Source: Thermodesulfobacteriota bacterium
GTDB lineage: Bacteria; Desulfobacterota_D; UBA1144; Nemesobacterales; Mycalebacteriaceae
Length of the DNA: 64,000 bases
Reading direction: 5' to 3'
NCBI GenBank assembly: GCA_965198945.1
Contig: CBDAQI010000012.1
Location: forward strand, 1-64,000
Shown: one piece after another, positions 1-9,363 of the stretch
Layout of the letters: every line of letters begins with the position of its first letter
How positions within the stretch are numbered: the first letter of the stretch is position 1
Position numbers and translations under genes: made by a program
The notes under the pieces: generated by a model
What the model saw: only the letters and a program-made list of their open reading frames with translations
The model's database searches: none
Told to the model about the DNA's origin: nothing

Positions 1-42
1 GGGGGCGACACTGGAAGCGGCTTCCGGTAACCAGCTATTCAT
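1..42 (-). CDS. coxB: 5' fragment of probable cytochrome c oxidase subunit II (runs off the window edge)
   Basis: Manual translation from ATG at 42 gives MNSWLPEAASSVAP, resembling the WLPxxASxxA N-terminus of CoxB. It lies directly downstream of an SCO gene. Only 14 codons are visible. Confidence 0.55.
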   Translation of the reverse strand, partial: MNSWLPEAASSVAP

Positions 43-66
43 CTAGAATTAGTCAACCTCCGACCT

Positions 67-861
67 TCAGGCTCTTCGTCTCCACATTCTGTAAAGGAAA
101 ATACCGATTCCCAACATTGTAACCACTCCGGAGAGTTTTACTATCCTGATGGCTTCCAGAGCATATTTTTTGCCGACAGGGTCAAATTTATAACAGAAAA
201 GAAGAACTTTGTTAATTGCCGTGCTGCCGCCTATCTTTCCGTCCGACGCTTCAATCAGAGCCAGTTTGAGATCTTTCGGGTCATGCTGTATCCCGTAAAG
301 ATAGCGCGCGACCCTGCCTTCGGGGGTCAGGAGGATGAGAGCGGACTGGTGGTCAAAACCTTCTCCCTCTTTTCTGAATCCGAACCCTACGCTTTCTGTC
401 AGTCTCGTAATTTCATTTTTACCTGCGGTAAAAAATCTCAAATCTTCCGCGCCTTTCTGATATGTGAGCATGGAGAGGTTTTCCGCGGCTTTTTGCGAGG
501 CAATCTGCGTTGTGTCAGACTCGTCAAAACTGACCGTCAGCACCCTGTAGTCATCACCGAGTTTGAAAGAGCCGAGCTCGTCCGCAAGCGCGTTGACGGT
601 TTCACTCAGAAACTGCATTGCGAAGCGGCAGTTGTGCGGGCAGGTGTAGAAAACCAGGTGCAGAAGAACGGGTTTTTCACCGTCAAAGAATTGGCCGATT
701 TCTTTTTTTTGTCCGAGATAATTTGTAAGAACAATGTTCCCGGGAACCTGTTCACCTAATTTTTCCCGTATTTTCATTATTTCAATTTGCGCCGTGTCGG
801 TTATTGAAAAAGCTGCCGGAGCGGGCAGAAAAATGATAAAAAACAACAATATTTGTCTCAT
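67..861 (-). CDS. SCO1/SenC family copper chaperone of the type found with ACIII/aa3 oxidase operons
   Basis: CxxxC motif (TCPHNC), conserved His (FDHQS), RYLYGI and LLFCYKFDP motifs, signal peptide and C-terminal TM helix. Start moved to ATG 861 because a promoter covers 891-919. Confidence 0.85.
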   Translation of the reverse strand: MRQILLFFIIFLPAPAAFSITDTAQIEIMKIREKLGEQVPGNIVLTNYLGQKKEIGQFFDGEKPVLLHLVFYTCPHNCRFAMQFLSETVNALADELGSFKLGDDYRVLTVSFDESDTTQIASQKAAENLSMLTYQKGAEDLRFFTAGKNEITRLTESVGFGFRKEGEGFDHQSALILLTPEGRVARYLYGIQHDPKDLKLALIEASDGKIGGSTAINKVLLFCYKFDPVGKKYALEAIRIVKLSGVVTMLGIGIFLYRMWRRRA

Positions 862-890
862 ACACACAGTTGCTCCCCAGCTCGCGGACA

Positions 891-919
891 ATTATCATGC
901 ACACACTTTTAACTGTCAA
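891..919 (-). promoter_or_regulatory. sigma70 promoter for the SCO-coxB operon
   Basis: TTGACA-17 nt-GATAAT on the minus strand. Confidence 0.7.
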
Positions 920-951
920 GAAAGTTGCGTTTTCATGCCTTTATCCCGCGC

Positions 952-2181
952 TTACAGATGCAGGTCTTCAAACACCGGGCCGTCCGGTCTTTGTCTTGAA
1001 AGCTGCGCTGCGCTTGCGAATTCTTGATCAAATTTTCCTTTCTCAATAAGGCAGGCCAGAGCTTCGGAGGCGCCGCGTGAAATCATAAGCCCCCTGCCAG
1101 TGTGTCCGAAGCACTCATAGATATTTTCCAGTCCGGGGGCTTTTCCAAGAAATCCCGATCTGTCAGCCGTTTCGCCATACATTCCCGCCCAGCCTCTTAT
1201 GAATTTGAGATTTTCAAACGCCTTGATTCTTTTTGAGAGGGGCGTCCATATCAGTTTTATGAAAGGGCTTTTCTCGTCAAAACTGTGGAAATCGTATTGA
1301 TAATTTACGCCGAACGGCTCGTCGCGGTTGGAATACCCGACCAATATTCCGTCTCCCTCGGAATGGAAAAACACATCGGTTGTATCAACCACCATTCCTA
1401 TTCCCGACAATTCAAGCCCGGGGCATTTGACAATCTGCAGCTGCCGCCTGCGCGGTTTTACGGAGTTTGTTTTGATTCCGTAAAGGGCGGCAATTTGCGA
1501 AGCCCACGCTCCGGCCGTGTTAATGACCGCACCACAGCGGTATGCGGTCTCAGGGGCTTCCCGGGCGGCGGTTTTGCCCGTGAGAATATCTTCCGGGCTG
1601 TGGCTGTCTTCAATGTCGGTGGTGAAGACTGTTTTTGCCGCACCTTTTTCAACTTCAATGCGACGGACAAATTGTTTGTCAATAAACTCAACTCCTTTGC
1701 TGCGCGCCTGTCTTCTGTAAAATTCCCTGAGAGCATAGTGATCAATGAACCCCGCATCGCGGGAAATTGACAAACTCTCAACCCCGGTTGTATCTGTTAC
1801 AAAATCCAGATGTTTTTTAACTTCACTCGCGCCGTAAATCTCAAAATCCAGCCCGCATTCCCTGTAGAGCGGGGCACTTTCTCTCAGTTTCCGGTCAGTT
1901 TTTTCATCGTGAAGCCAGTAGTAGCCGGACTTTCTGAACGAAATAATGTCCGCTATTTCAGTGTAAAAACGTATTGAGCGTGCACAAAGCTCCACATTTG
2001 CTCTTCCCTGCCATGTTGCCCTGACACCGCCCGCATTTTTCAATGACGATGAGAATTCCCCCTCAAGGTCGGGGTCTACGACAACTATTTTTGCCTTGGG
2101 TAGTCTGGCCGAGACAGAGAAGGCGCAGGCAGACCCCATTGCGCCCGCGCCTATTATGAGAAAGTCGCAATGCTCTGTCAT
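952..2181 (-). CDS. FAD-dependent oxidoreductase, DAO/sarcosine oxidase beta (FOXRED1-like) family
   Basis: N-terminal GxGxxG (IIGAGAMG), SSxxNAGGVR, WAGMY and GHTGRGLM motifs. Confidence 0.8.
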   Translation of the reverse strand: MTEHCDFLIIGAGAMGSACAFSVSARLPKAKIVVVDPDLEGEFSSSLKNAGGVRATWQGRANVELCARSIRFYTEIADIISFRKSGYYWLHDEKTDRKLRESAPLYRECGLDFEIYGASEVKKHLDFVTDTTGVESLSISRDAGFIDHYALREFYRRQARSKGVEFIDKQFVRRIEVEKGAAKTVFTTDIEDSHSPEDILTGKTAAREAPETAYRCGAVINTAGAWASQIAALYGIKTNSVKPRRRQLQIVKCPGLELSGIGMVVDTTDVFFHSEGDGILVGYSNRDEPFGVNYQYDFHSFDEKSPFIKLIWTPLSKRIKAFENLKFIRGWAGMYGETADRSGFLGKAPGLENIYECFGHTGRGLMISRGASEALACLIEKGKFDQEFASAAQLSRQRPDGPVFEDLHL

Positions 2182-2251
2182 CGGTCTTTAATTATATCAG
2201 GCACCGTGGAATCGGTATCCCGCAAAGTAAAAATAACGGTCAGCTATTTTC

Positions 2252-2776
2252 TCATAAAAGCCATTTGGTGATGGCTCTTCTCCACAAAGCCGTTTTGAGC
2301 TCTCTGGTGATGCGCGCATTTGCCGGGCTTGTTGAAGGCAATTTCTCAAGATGAAGGCGTTTGCTGACACCGTTTTTCAGAAACGGAGCCGTGTGAAGGC
2401 TGAAAACCCGCTCGGCCTTTACTCCGTTGAAAATAACCGCCCGAACCGACGGACTGCCGGCAAGCAGCGCACCCACATTGTTCGGTTTTTCACTTGAAGA
2501 TTTAATTTTTGAGTCAAGACTCCCGCTCCGCTCGCATAACTCAAGCATGTCCCAGAGTGCGACGGAGTTTCTTTCAAGCGCGGCAATCCGCTCGCCATAT
2601 GATGATTCCCGTGCGGGAAAGCACAGAACCTCGCCCATTATGTCCCAGAAAACATTTTTCGGATGCGCGTAATACTGTCCCGCCTCAAGGGATTTTACAC
2701 CCGGCATTGAACCGAGTATCAAAATTTTGGGGTTTTCAGGCAGAACCGGCGGAAAACTTCTGACAATTTTCGCCAT
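2252..2776 (-). CDS. DNA-deoxyinosine (hypoxanthine) glycosylase, UDG family 6
   Basis: ILGSMPGxxSL, YYAHPxNxFW and LPSTSPAN motifs. Confidence 0.85.
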   Translation of the reverse strand: MAKIVRSFPPVLPENPKILILGSMPGVKSLEAGQYYAHPKNVFWDIMGEVLCFPARESSYGERIAALERNSVALWDMLELCERSGSLDSKIKSSSEKPNNVGALLAGSPSVRAVIFNGVKAERVFSLHTAPFLKNGVSKRLHLEKLPSTSPANARITRELKTALWRRAITKWLL

Positions 2777-2785
2777 CTCATTGCG

Positions 2786-3982
2786 CTAAACGCCGCGTCT
2801 TCCCTTCAGGCGCAGGGCGTTCAGTTTTATAAACCCTTCCGCATCGGCCTGATTGTAAAGGTCGTCTTCTTCAAAAGTCGCAAGCGCCGGACTGTAGAGA
2901 GATTTTTTCGCCTTCCGTCCGACCACCCGCACAGAGCCCTTATAAAGTTTCATCCTCGCAGTGCCGGTTACACCTTCCTGCGACTGCCCAACGGTTTTCA
3001 TCAGCGCTTTCATTTCGGGTGAATACCAGAAGCCGTAGTAGATTATTTCTGAGATTTTGGTTACAAGAGAGTCTTTCAGGCGCAACAATTCACGGTCAAC
3101 CGTTATTGATTCAACAGCCCTGTGCGCCGGATGTAGAACCGTTCCCGCAGGAGTTTCATAAACTCCGCGCGATTTAATACCCACAAAACGGTTTTCAACT
3201 ATGTCCGCCCGCCCGACACCGTGTTTTCCGGCGATTTTGTTAAGTTCCAAAATAAGTTCAGCGGCGGAGAGTTTTACACCATTTACGGCCACGGGCGAAC
3301 CTTTTACAAAATCTATTTCAACATATTCGGGTTTGTCCGGTGCTTTTTCGGGCGAAACGGTCATTTCAAACATCGCCTCATCGGGTTCAACCCACGGGTC
3401 TTCAAGAATGCCACCCTCATAACTTGTGTGAAAAAGGTTCCTGTCGCAGCTGTATGGTTTGCCCGCAGTGACGGGGATCTCAATGCCGTGGTCTTGTGCA
3501 AAGCCGAGCAGGTCAGTGCGTGATGAAAAGTCCCACTCACGCCACGGGGATATGATTTGCAGGTTCGGCGCAAAAGCATGGTAGACGAGCTCAAAGCGCA
3601 CCTGATCGTTTCCTTTGCCGGTTGCTCCGTGCGACAGGGCGAAAGCTTTTTCCTTTAACGCGACCTCAACCTGCCTGCGGGCTATCAGCGGACGCGCAAG
3701 AGAGGTTCCGAGCAGATAATCTCCCTCATAAACGGCTCCCGTTTTTATGGCGGGAAAAACAAAGTCACGCGCGAATTCCTCTTTCAGGTCAGCGACAACG
3801 GCTTTTGAGGCTCCCGTATCAAGCGCTTTTTTGCGCGCCGCTTTGATGTCTTCATTCTGTCCCACATCGGCTATAAACGCTATCACCCGCGCGTTGTGGC
3901 GGATGGTGAGCCACTTGAGTATGATTGAAGTGTCAAGCCCCCCCGAGTAGGCGAGAACGATTTTTTCCCCCGATTTTTTCAT
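2786..3982 (-). CDS. argG: argininosuccinate synthase
   Basis: LAYSGGLDTS, HGATGKGNDQVRFE and KSRGVYETP motifs. Confidence 0.98.
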   Translation of the reverse strand: MKKSGEKIVLAYSGGLDTSIILKWLTIRHNARVIAFIADVGQNEDIKAARKKALDTGASKAVVADLKEEFARDFVFPAIKTGAVYEGDYLLGTSLARPLIARRQVEVALKEKAFALSHGATGKGNDQVRFELVYHAFAPNLQIISPWREWDFSSRTDLLGFAQDHGIEIPVTAGKPYSCDRNLFHTSYEGGILEDPWVEPDEAMFEMTVSPEKAPDKPEYVEIDFVKGSPVAVNGVKLSAAELILELNKIAGKHGVGRADIVENRFVGIKSRGVYETPAGTVLHPAHRAVESITVDRELLRLKDSLVTKISEIIYYGFWYSPEMKALMKTVGQSQEGVTGTARMKLYKGSVRVVGRKAKKSLYSPALATFEEDDLYNQADAEGFIKLNALRLKGRRGV

Positions 3983-4000
3983 TCCGGATTTTAAGGCGTT

Positions 4001-4438
4001 TCAGCGCTGTCCTCTCATATCAAGAAGATAGAACTTTATGCCTTTGTTTTCGTAAAATTTTTCAAGAGTCAGCCCCAAATACTCTATTCTCTGCAATTCG
4101 TCGCCCTCATATTTGATTTTTTTTATCTCGTCGGAAAGTTTGGCGCTAACGGGAATCTGTTTGTCGGGAACCTGTTGACAGATACACCCAAGCATCAGTT
4201 CATTATTCTTAAAATTCCGCTTCACTATAAGACCGATGGAAAAAGTCGCATTGATGAGCTCAATAACGGCAATCATGATAGGAGGCGTTGAGCCGGAAGG
4301 GTCTTCTCCGACAAATCTGTATCCGTAAACCTCAACCGCATTTCCCGAAGTCACCATTGAATCAAGATTCCAATAGTCTTCGTTCTCAATCATGCAGAGA
4401 ATATGCAGAACTTCTTCCCTTTTGGGTTTTTTGGCCAT
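4001..4438 (-). CDS. hypothetical protein (145 aa), no recognised family
   Basis: Clean ORF packed co-directionally between rluD and argG with natural protein composition. Confidence 0.7.
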   Translation of the reverse strand: MAKKPKREEVLHILCMIENEDYWNLDSMVTSGNAVEVYGYRFVGEDPSGSTPPIMIAVIELINATFSIGLIVKRNFKNNELMLGCICQQVPDKQIPVSAKLSDEIKKIKYEGDELQRIEYLGLTLEKFYENKGIKFYLLDMRGQR

Positions 4439-4446
4439 TTGAGAAT

Positions 4447-5442
4447 TTACACTACCAGAAAGAACCGCCTTTTTGAAGCGCCGGGACGGCTTAATTTATT
4501 TTTGAGAAAATCTATCGCCTCCGCCATATCTTTTGGAAGAGCAGAGGAAAAAGACACCTCTTTTCCAGAAACCGGGTGTGAGAAGTCTATGCGGGATGCG
4601 TGCAGAGCCTGTCTGCCTAGTATTTTTGACAGTCCGGATGAGGCAAGTTTCATTTTTGCCGTTTTCCCGCCGTAAAGCGAATCCGCCGCGACCGGGTGTC
4701 CGGCTTCGGAAAAATGAACCCTTATTTGATGGGTTCTGCCGGTTTTCGGCATTATTCTTACAAAAGTCCAGTCCTGAAAATGCTCAACCGCTTCCCAGTC
4801 CGTTACCGAATCGCGCGCTTTTGCAGTTTTCCCGCCGGTCATTTTTTTTCTGTTTGACTGGCTTCTTCCTATCGCCGAAGAGAAGGTTCCCGAATTTTTT
4901 TTCATGGCGCCGCAGACAATGGCCAAATACTCTTTCCGCACCGAACGTTCGGCAAACCGGGAGGCGAGGCTTGCATGGCAAACATTGTTCTTTGCTATGA
5001 CGACAACCCCTGAAGTGTCCTTATCCAGCCGGTGGACGATTCCCGGTCTTGAAGGGCCTCCCACACTGGAAAGACTCTTATATCTGTGCGCGAGCGCGTT
5101 TGCGAGAGTGGCGTTTTTGCGTCCGGCTCCCGGGTGAACCGCCATGCCCGCGGGTTTGTTGATTACTATTAGACAGTCATCCTCAAAAATAACATCAAGC
5201 GGAATATTTTCTGGTTCGGCAATATCACTCCGGGGCTGCGGCTGGTGAAACTCTATTTTCTCGCCTCCCTCAAAAATTGAAGAAGGCTTTAATCCGGCTC
5301 CTTCCATCAGAATATCTCCCGATTTTATAAGGGCTGCAATGAGCGAACGGCTTTGCGGGAAAATTCCGGAGAGCGCGGAATCCGCCCTTTTGCCCGCGCA
5401 TTCGGGCGGCACGGTTAATTTTATGATTTCAGGTTTTGCCAC
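4447..5442 (-). CDS. rluD: RluA-family 23S rRNA pseudouridine synthase (RluD-like)
   Basis: N-terminal S4-like region, INKPAGMAVHPG, HRLDKDTSG and TGRTHQIRVH motifs. Confidence 0.92.
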   Translation of the reverse strand: MAKPEIIKLTVPPECAGKRADSALSGIFPQSRSLIAALIKSGDILMEGAGLKPSSIFEGGEKIEFHQPQPRSDIAEPENIPLDVIFEDDCLIVINKPAGMAVHPGAGRKNATLANALAHRYKSLSSVGGPSRPGIVHRLDKDTSGVVVIAKNNVCHASLASRFAERSVRKEYLAIVCGAMKKNSGTFSSAIGRSQSNRKKMTGGKTAKARDSVTDWEAVEHFQDWTFVRIMPKTGRTHQIRVHFSEAGHPVAADSLYGGKTAKMKLASSGLSKILGRQALHASRIDFSHPVSGKEVSFSSALPKDMAEAIDFLKNKLSRPGASKRRFFLVV

Positions 5443-6217
5443 TTTGTTTTTTTCTTAAAATTATTTTTGTTCCCTCGCCGCCGAAACGCTCCCGCGCGCT
5501 CGCCCGGTTGACCGCGATTTCAATGAATCCCGAACTTCCCCTGACTGCGACGGTTTCTCCCGGCTCCCGGTCGGCATAGCAGTCTGATATGCCCTCAATC
5601 GTGAAGCCGCTTATTTCAATCTCCGTTTTTTCCGGAACACCGTCCGATTTGATGTTTGAAATCATATTTCCGAAATGGTCCGTGTAAACACAAACGCCTT
5701 CAACCGTTTCTCCGCCGAAAAAGACTGGCTCTGCGGTATCTGTCAGAACGGGTTTTTCAACGGGAGTCCCCATCTCAGAGGGACTGACCCCGAGCGACAG
5801 ATGCGCCGCGGCGGGGGCGAAGATGTCTCTGCCGTGGAAAGTGGATCCCGTTCCCTTCAGAGTGTATTCGGGATTTTCTATGGCATGTGCGGAAAATGAG
5901 GGAAAGGCTTGAAACACGGATGAAAAAATTCCGTTGTCGGGACCGACAAAAAAATTCCCGCCCGCCTCTATGGCAAGGGGCTTTCTGCCAGTTCCGACCA
6001 CCGGGTCCACAACCGCCAGATGAACCGAGCCCTCCGGAAAAAACCCATATGAGTTTTTGATTGCAAAAGCCGCCCGCGCAATTTCAAAACTCCGCAGGCC
6101 GTGCGTTACATCCACAATGCGGGCGTCCGGATTGATTGAGAGAATCACTCCTTTCATAACCCCGGCGAAATGGTCCGTCGCGCCGAAATCAGAATATGTC
6201 GCTATCAGGCCGGACAA
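5429..6217 (-). CDS. SAM hydroxide adenosyltransferase (DUF62, chlorinase/fluorinase superfamily)
   Basis: SDFG, VVDPxVGxxR, GPDNG and TFHGRD motifs. The His in TFHGRD is the hydrolase-type residue. Confidence 0.88.
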   Translation of the reverse strand: MSGLIATYSDFGATDHFAGVMKGVILSINPDARIVDVTHGLRSFEIARAAFAIKNSYGFFPEGSVHLAVVDPVVGTGRKPLAIEAGGNFFVGPDNGIFSSVFQAFPSFSAHAIENPEYTLKGTGSTFHGRDIFAPAAAHLSLGVSPSEMGTPVEKPVLTDTAEPVFFGGETVEGVCVYTDHFGNMISNIKSDGVPEKTEIEISGFTIEGISDCYADREPGETVAVRGSSGFIEIAVNRASARERFGGEGTKIILRKKQSGKT

Positions 6218-6259
6218 TTTTCAACCGGCCCCGAATAAAAAAGTGAATTTGTCGGCGGG

Positions 6260-6877
6260 TCAGGAGCAGGGCTCAGAGTCTCTGTCTGCCGAGAAAGAAC
6301 CCGCCGCTCCTCTGTCACCCTGGTAGTCAATTTCTTTGCACCTTACGACTCCGTCTTCATAAATGGCAAAATCTTTTTTGCCCGTAACCCCGGCGCTTGC
6401 GGGAGACGCCTGCCACCCGAAACCTGTGGAATAGAGCCCGTCCGAAGTCGGTGAAGCCAGAGAACCGAAATCAGCCTTTATACAGTATCCGGCTTTCGGT
6501 TTGTCACAAGTTGCCGAAGACGCAGAAGATGAATCCGCGCCTTCAAATGTCTCGTCCAGGAGCGCGTCAAAGGGCTAATATGTCCGCCCGGTTTGTCCGG
6601 GACATCTCAGGGAAGGGGATTCTGAAAGGCTGCCTATTTTGTCAACATAGTTCTGCACGCCGTCGCCGTCTGAATCCTGAATGGCGAACTGCATTTCCGC
6701 TGCGCTGAGAACCTGAAGCATCTTTCTGGCGTTCAACTCGTTTGCCGAGATTCTCGTGCCCGTAAAATTGGGAATCGCCAGGGCGGCAAGGATTCCTATA
6801 ATTACCAGAACAATGAGAAACTCAAGCAGTGTAAATCCCGCCGTGGCAGTCTTTTTGTTGGGCGGTATGTTTTTCAT
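6260..6877 (-). pseudogene. type IV pilin-like protein interrupted by an in-frame TAG (6575-6577) and a frameshift (about 6475)
   Basis: Class III signal G|FTLLE plus hydrophobic helix. The frame continues past TAG as PFDALLDETFEG...KAGYC, then after a frameshift as GFGWQASPASAGVTGKKDFAIYEDGVVRC...PCS* ending at 6260. Confidence 0.7.
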
Positions 6878-6917
6878 GCCGCGCAATATACAACAAAAGT
6901 TTTAATGCGACAAAAAA

Positions 6918-7706
6918 TTAAAGAGTATCACCGGAAACCACCCTCACGAGGCTGCCGTCGGATGTTTCAATATACAGAAATCCGCGTCCGTCCAGTTTTC
7001 TCGCTATTCCTTCAACCTGCGAGCCGTTGTTGTTTATTTTCACGGTATTGTTAAGTTTTCCCCACTCAACCGCCCACCGGGCGACAGTCCAGTCATAGCC
7101 TTTTGACACGAAATCATCCCGCCGGGCGAAAAGATTTTTTATCAACAATCCTGTGAACCGTCCTCGGTCAACCCGGCTTCCGAGAACCTCCGAAACAGAT
7201 GTTACGCGGTCTGAAAAACCTTCCATAAGCTCTCTTGCGTGAGAAACGGACAGATTGAGATTAACTCCGATGCCTATGACTATGAATTTGCAGAATTCAC
7301 CTTCGGCTTCGGCTTCTGAGAGAACGCCCGCGATTTTTCTGCCGTCCGTGAGTATGTCATTCGGCCACTTTATTTCAGGAACAACGCCGAAGGCGCGGAA
7401 AGTGTCGCAAAGCGCCAGGGATGCCATGAAGGTTGAAGCCGGACAAAGTGAAAGTTTCAGATGGGGACGGAAAAGAAATGATATAAAAAGATTCCCGCCC
7501 CGCGGTGAAACCCAGCTTCTTCCCATGCGTCCGCGCCCGCCCGTCTGAGTATCAGCGACAACCGTAGTTCCTTCGCGCGCCCCTTCGCGTCCCATCCCGC
7601 ACAGAACCGTGTTTGTGGAAACTGTTTCATCAAAAAAACTGACATTTCCGCCGGAAGCGGCAACAGCCGATTCAATCTCCGTCATTTCTTTTTTGGAAAA
7701 ACCCAA
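6918..7706 (-). CDS. birA: biotin--acetyl-CoA-carboxylase ligase (no N-terminal HTH)
   Basis: STN, QTGGRGRMGRSW, KWPND, KIAGVL and GIGVN motifs. Confidence 0.93.
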   Translation of the reverse strand: MGFSKKEMTEIESAVAASGGNVSFFDETVSTNTVLCGMGREGAREGTTVVADTQTGGRGRMGRSWVSPRGGNLFISFLFRPHLKLSLCPASTFMASLALCDTFRAFGVVPEIKWPNDILTDGRKIAGVLSEAEAEGEFCKFIVIGIGVNLNLSVSHARELMEGFSDRVTSVSEVLGSRVDRGRFTGLLIKNLFARRDDFVSKGYDWTVARWAVEWGKLNNTVKINNNGSQVEGIARKLDGRGFLYIETSDGSLVRVVSGDTL

Positions 7707-7785
7707 AACACATTCCCGTCCGAAACTCTAAAATATGCCGCAAAACAAACCGGAGCAACAGGTGCGGCTCCTTCAGGCCGTTTTA

Positions 7786-7813
7786 TTGACAAACAAACCC
7801 TTTGCTCTATAAT
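7786..7813 (+). promoter_or_regulatory. consensus sigma70 promoter for tRNA-Ile2 and the zinc-ribbon gene
   Basis: TTGACA-16 nt-TATAAT, both hexamers perfect. Confidence 0.8.
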
Positions 7814-7845
7814 AGCCAATCCGAGCTCTGAAGGCTTGTAAGAAA

Positions 7846-7919
7846 GGGCCCATAGCTCAGTCGGTCAGAGCAGCGGACTCATAATCCGTTGGTCCCAGGT
7901 TCGAGTCCTGGTGGGCCCA
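7846..7919 (+). tRNA. tRNA with CAT anticodon, most like tRNA-Ile2 (lysidine); CCA not encoded
   Basis: Cloverleaf with GGGCCCA/TGGGCCC acceptor stem, D-arm AGCTCAGTCGGTCAGAGC, anticodon loop CTCATAA and T-loop GTTCGAGTC. It lacks the initiator GGG/CCC anticodon stem. Confidence 0.9.
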
Positions 7920-7928
7920 CAAATCACT

Positions 7929-8660
7929 ATGAGGGAAACCGAAGGCTCAAAAAACGTCATAAGACAGCAAATAGATAAACTTAAAAAGCTTCAGTTTGTT
8001 GACATTGAGCTCAGCCAGATAGAGCGTGACCTCCAAAAGTATCCGAGAGAGGTCTTGGTTTTAAGGGGCGAGATTCAGTCAATAAGCGAATCTCTGGTGG
8101 AAAAGAAACTCCAGATAGAGGAATCTGACAAATCAAAACAGATTCTTGAGACGAGTTTGTCGGAAAAAAAAGACCATATAGATAAAACCGAAGAGCGGCT
8201 TCTCAACATAAAAACCCATAGAGAGTATGAGGCTTTGCAGAAGGAGCTGACGGAAGTCAAGAGAGAGTGCATTGAAATTGAGGACAACATATTGGAGTTG
8301 ATGGAAAAAGCCGGAAATTTGGATCTGGAGAGGGAGAATCTGGGCAAATCCCTTAAGGAAAAGAAAGAAGAATACGAGCCCAAAATCGAAGAACTTGAAA
8401 ATCTCATAAAAGAACTGGAAAGCAGGCAGGCGCCCCGTCTTCAGGAAAAAGATGCAATTGCGGGCGAACTCATCCCCGAAGTTGTTCCCGTTTACACTAA
8501 AATATCCAACAAAAATCCAAAGTTTCTCGCGCTTGCGCGCGATGAGATGTGCACAAACTGCAATATGAATATCCCGCCGCAGATGTTCAACGAGGTTCTG
8601 ACCCAGACTAAAATCATTCAGTGTCCGAGTTGTAACAGAATACTCCACTGTGAAGAATGA
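7929..8660 (+). CDS. coiled-coil protein with C4-type zinc ribbon (DUF164 / CT398 / HP0958 family)
   Basis: Long coiled coil, REYEALQKE, and C-terminal CTNC...CPSCNRIL. Start moved to ATG 7929 after the tRNA. Confidence 0.9.
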   Translation: MRETEGSKNVIRQQIDKLKKLQFVDIELSQIERDLQKYPREVLVLRGEIQSISESLVEKKLQIEESDKSKQILETSLSEKKDHIDKTEERLLNIKTHREYEALQKELTEVKRECIEIEDNILELMEKAGNLDLERENLGKSLKEKKEEYEPKIEELENLIKELESRQAPRLQEKDAIAGELIPEVVPVYTKISNKNPKFLALARDEMCTNCNMNIPPQMFNEVLTQTKIIQCPSCNRILHCEE

Positions 8661-8985
8661 TTACGAAAGACGGGTTGCCGTCTCCCGCATAAACTCAAAA
8701 AACAATTCCGGCAATCAGGGGCGATAGGATTTTTTCTGGACAGTGCCGCCGCAATGCAAATAAAACAATCTGTCAGGTTTGCAACAAACAATCAGGCAAA
8801 ATCCGCCCGCTTGTGAACACCGGTTCTCTTTTGGTTCCGAATCGTATTAAAGCGGGGCATTCTGAGGTTGCGCTTATTGTTTAAGAAGACCGGAAAAGCT
8901 GTTCAAAAATGTTTTCATATAACATCAGGGCAGAGAGAAAAACACCGTTGCCCAAGGTCTTGCAAGCGAAACCGTAATAAAATAC
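8657..8985 (+). pseudogene. rnhA: decayed ribonuclease HI gene
   Basis: Fragments in shifting frames match RNase HI motifs in order: GAIGFFL, ATNNQAK (ATNNxAE), TGSLLVPNRIK (TDSxLVxxQ) and REKNTVAQGLA (RExNxxADxLA). Confidence 0.65.
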
Positions 8986-8995
8986 TCTTGTCTCC

Positions 8996-9363
8996 GCGAG
9001 CCGGCCGGGCAATCGCACGGGCGGTTTTCCGTCCGCGAGGAAAGTCCGGGCTTCACAGGACAGAGCGCCGGCTAACCGCCGGGCGCCGGAAGGCGACGGA
9101 AAGTGCCGCAGAAAACAGACCGCCGCTCCCCTGCGGGGGCGGTAAGGGTGAAAAGGTGGTGTAAGAGACCACCGCGGGAAACGGTAACGATTCCCGGCAC
9201 GGTAAACCCCGCTTGAAGCAAGACAAATAGGGAAACGCTGCGGATTTTACGCAGAGAGGTTGTCCGTCTCCAATGTTTTCGGGTTGTTGCTACAGGCGTC
9301 CGGCAACGGGCGTCGCAGGTGAATGGTTGCCCTTGACAGAACCCGGCTTACAGGCCGGCTCGC
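8996..9363 (+). ncRNA. rnpB: RNase P RNA, bacterial class A
   Basis: GAGGAAAGTCCGGGC near the 5' end, ACAGAACCCGGCTTA near the 3' end, and P1 pairing GCGAGCCGGCC / GGCCGGCTCGC. Confidence 0.95.

Noticed and set aside
5429..6217. Possible fluorinase/chlorinase, tempting because an FlK-like thioesterase lies at 18654-19079
   Set aside because: The TFHGRD His marks the widespread DUF62 SAM hydrolase rather than a halogenase. The two genes are 12 kb apart in unrelated operons.
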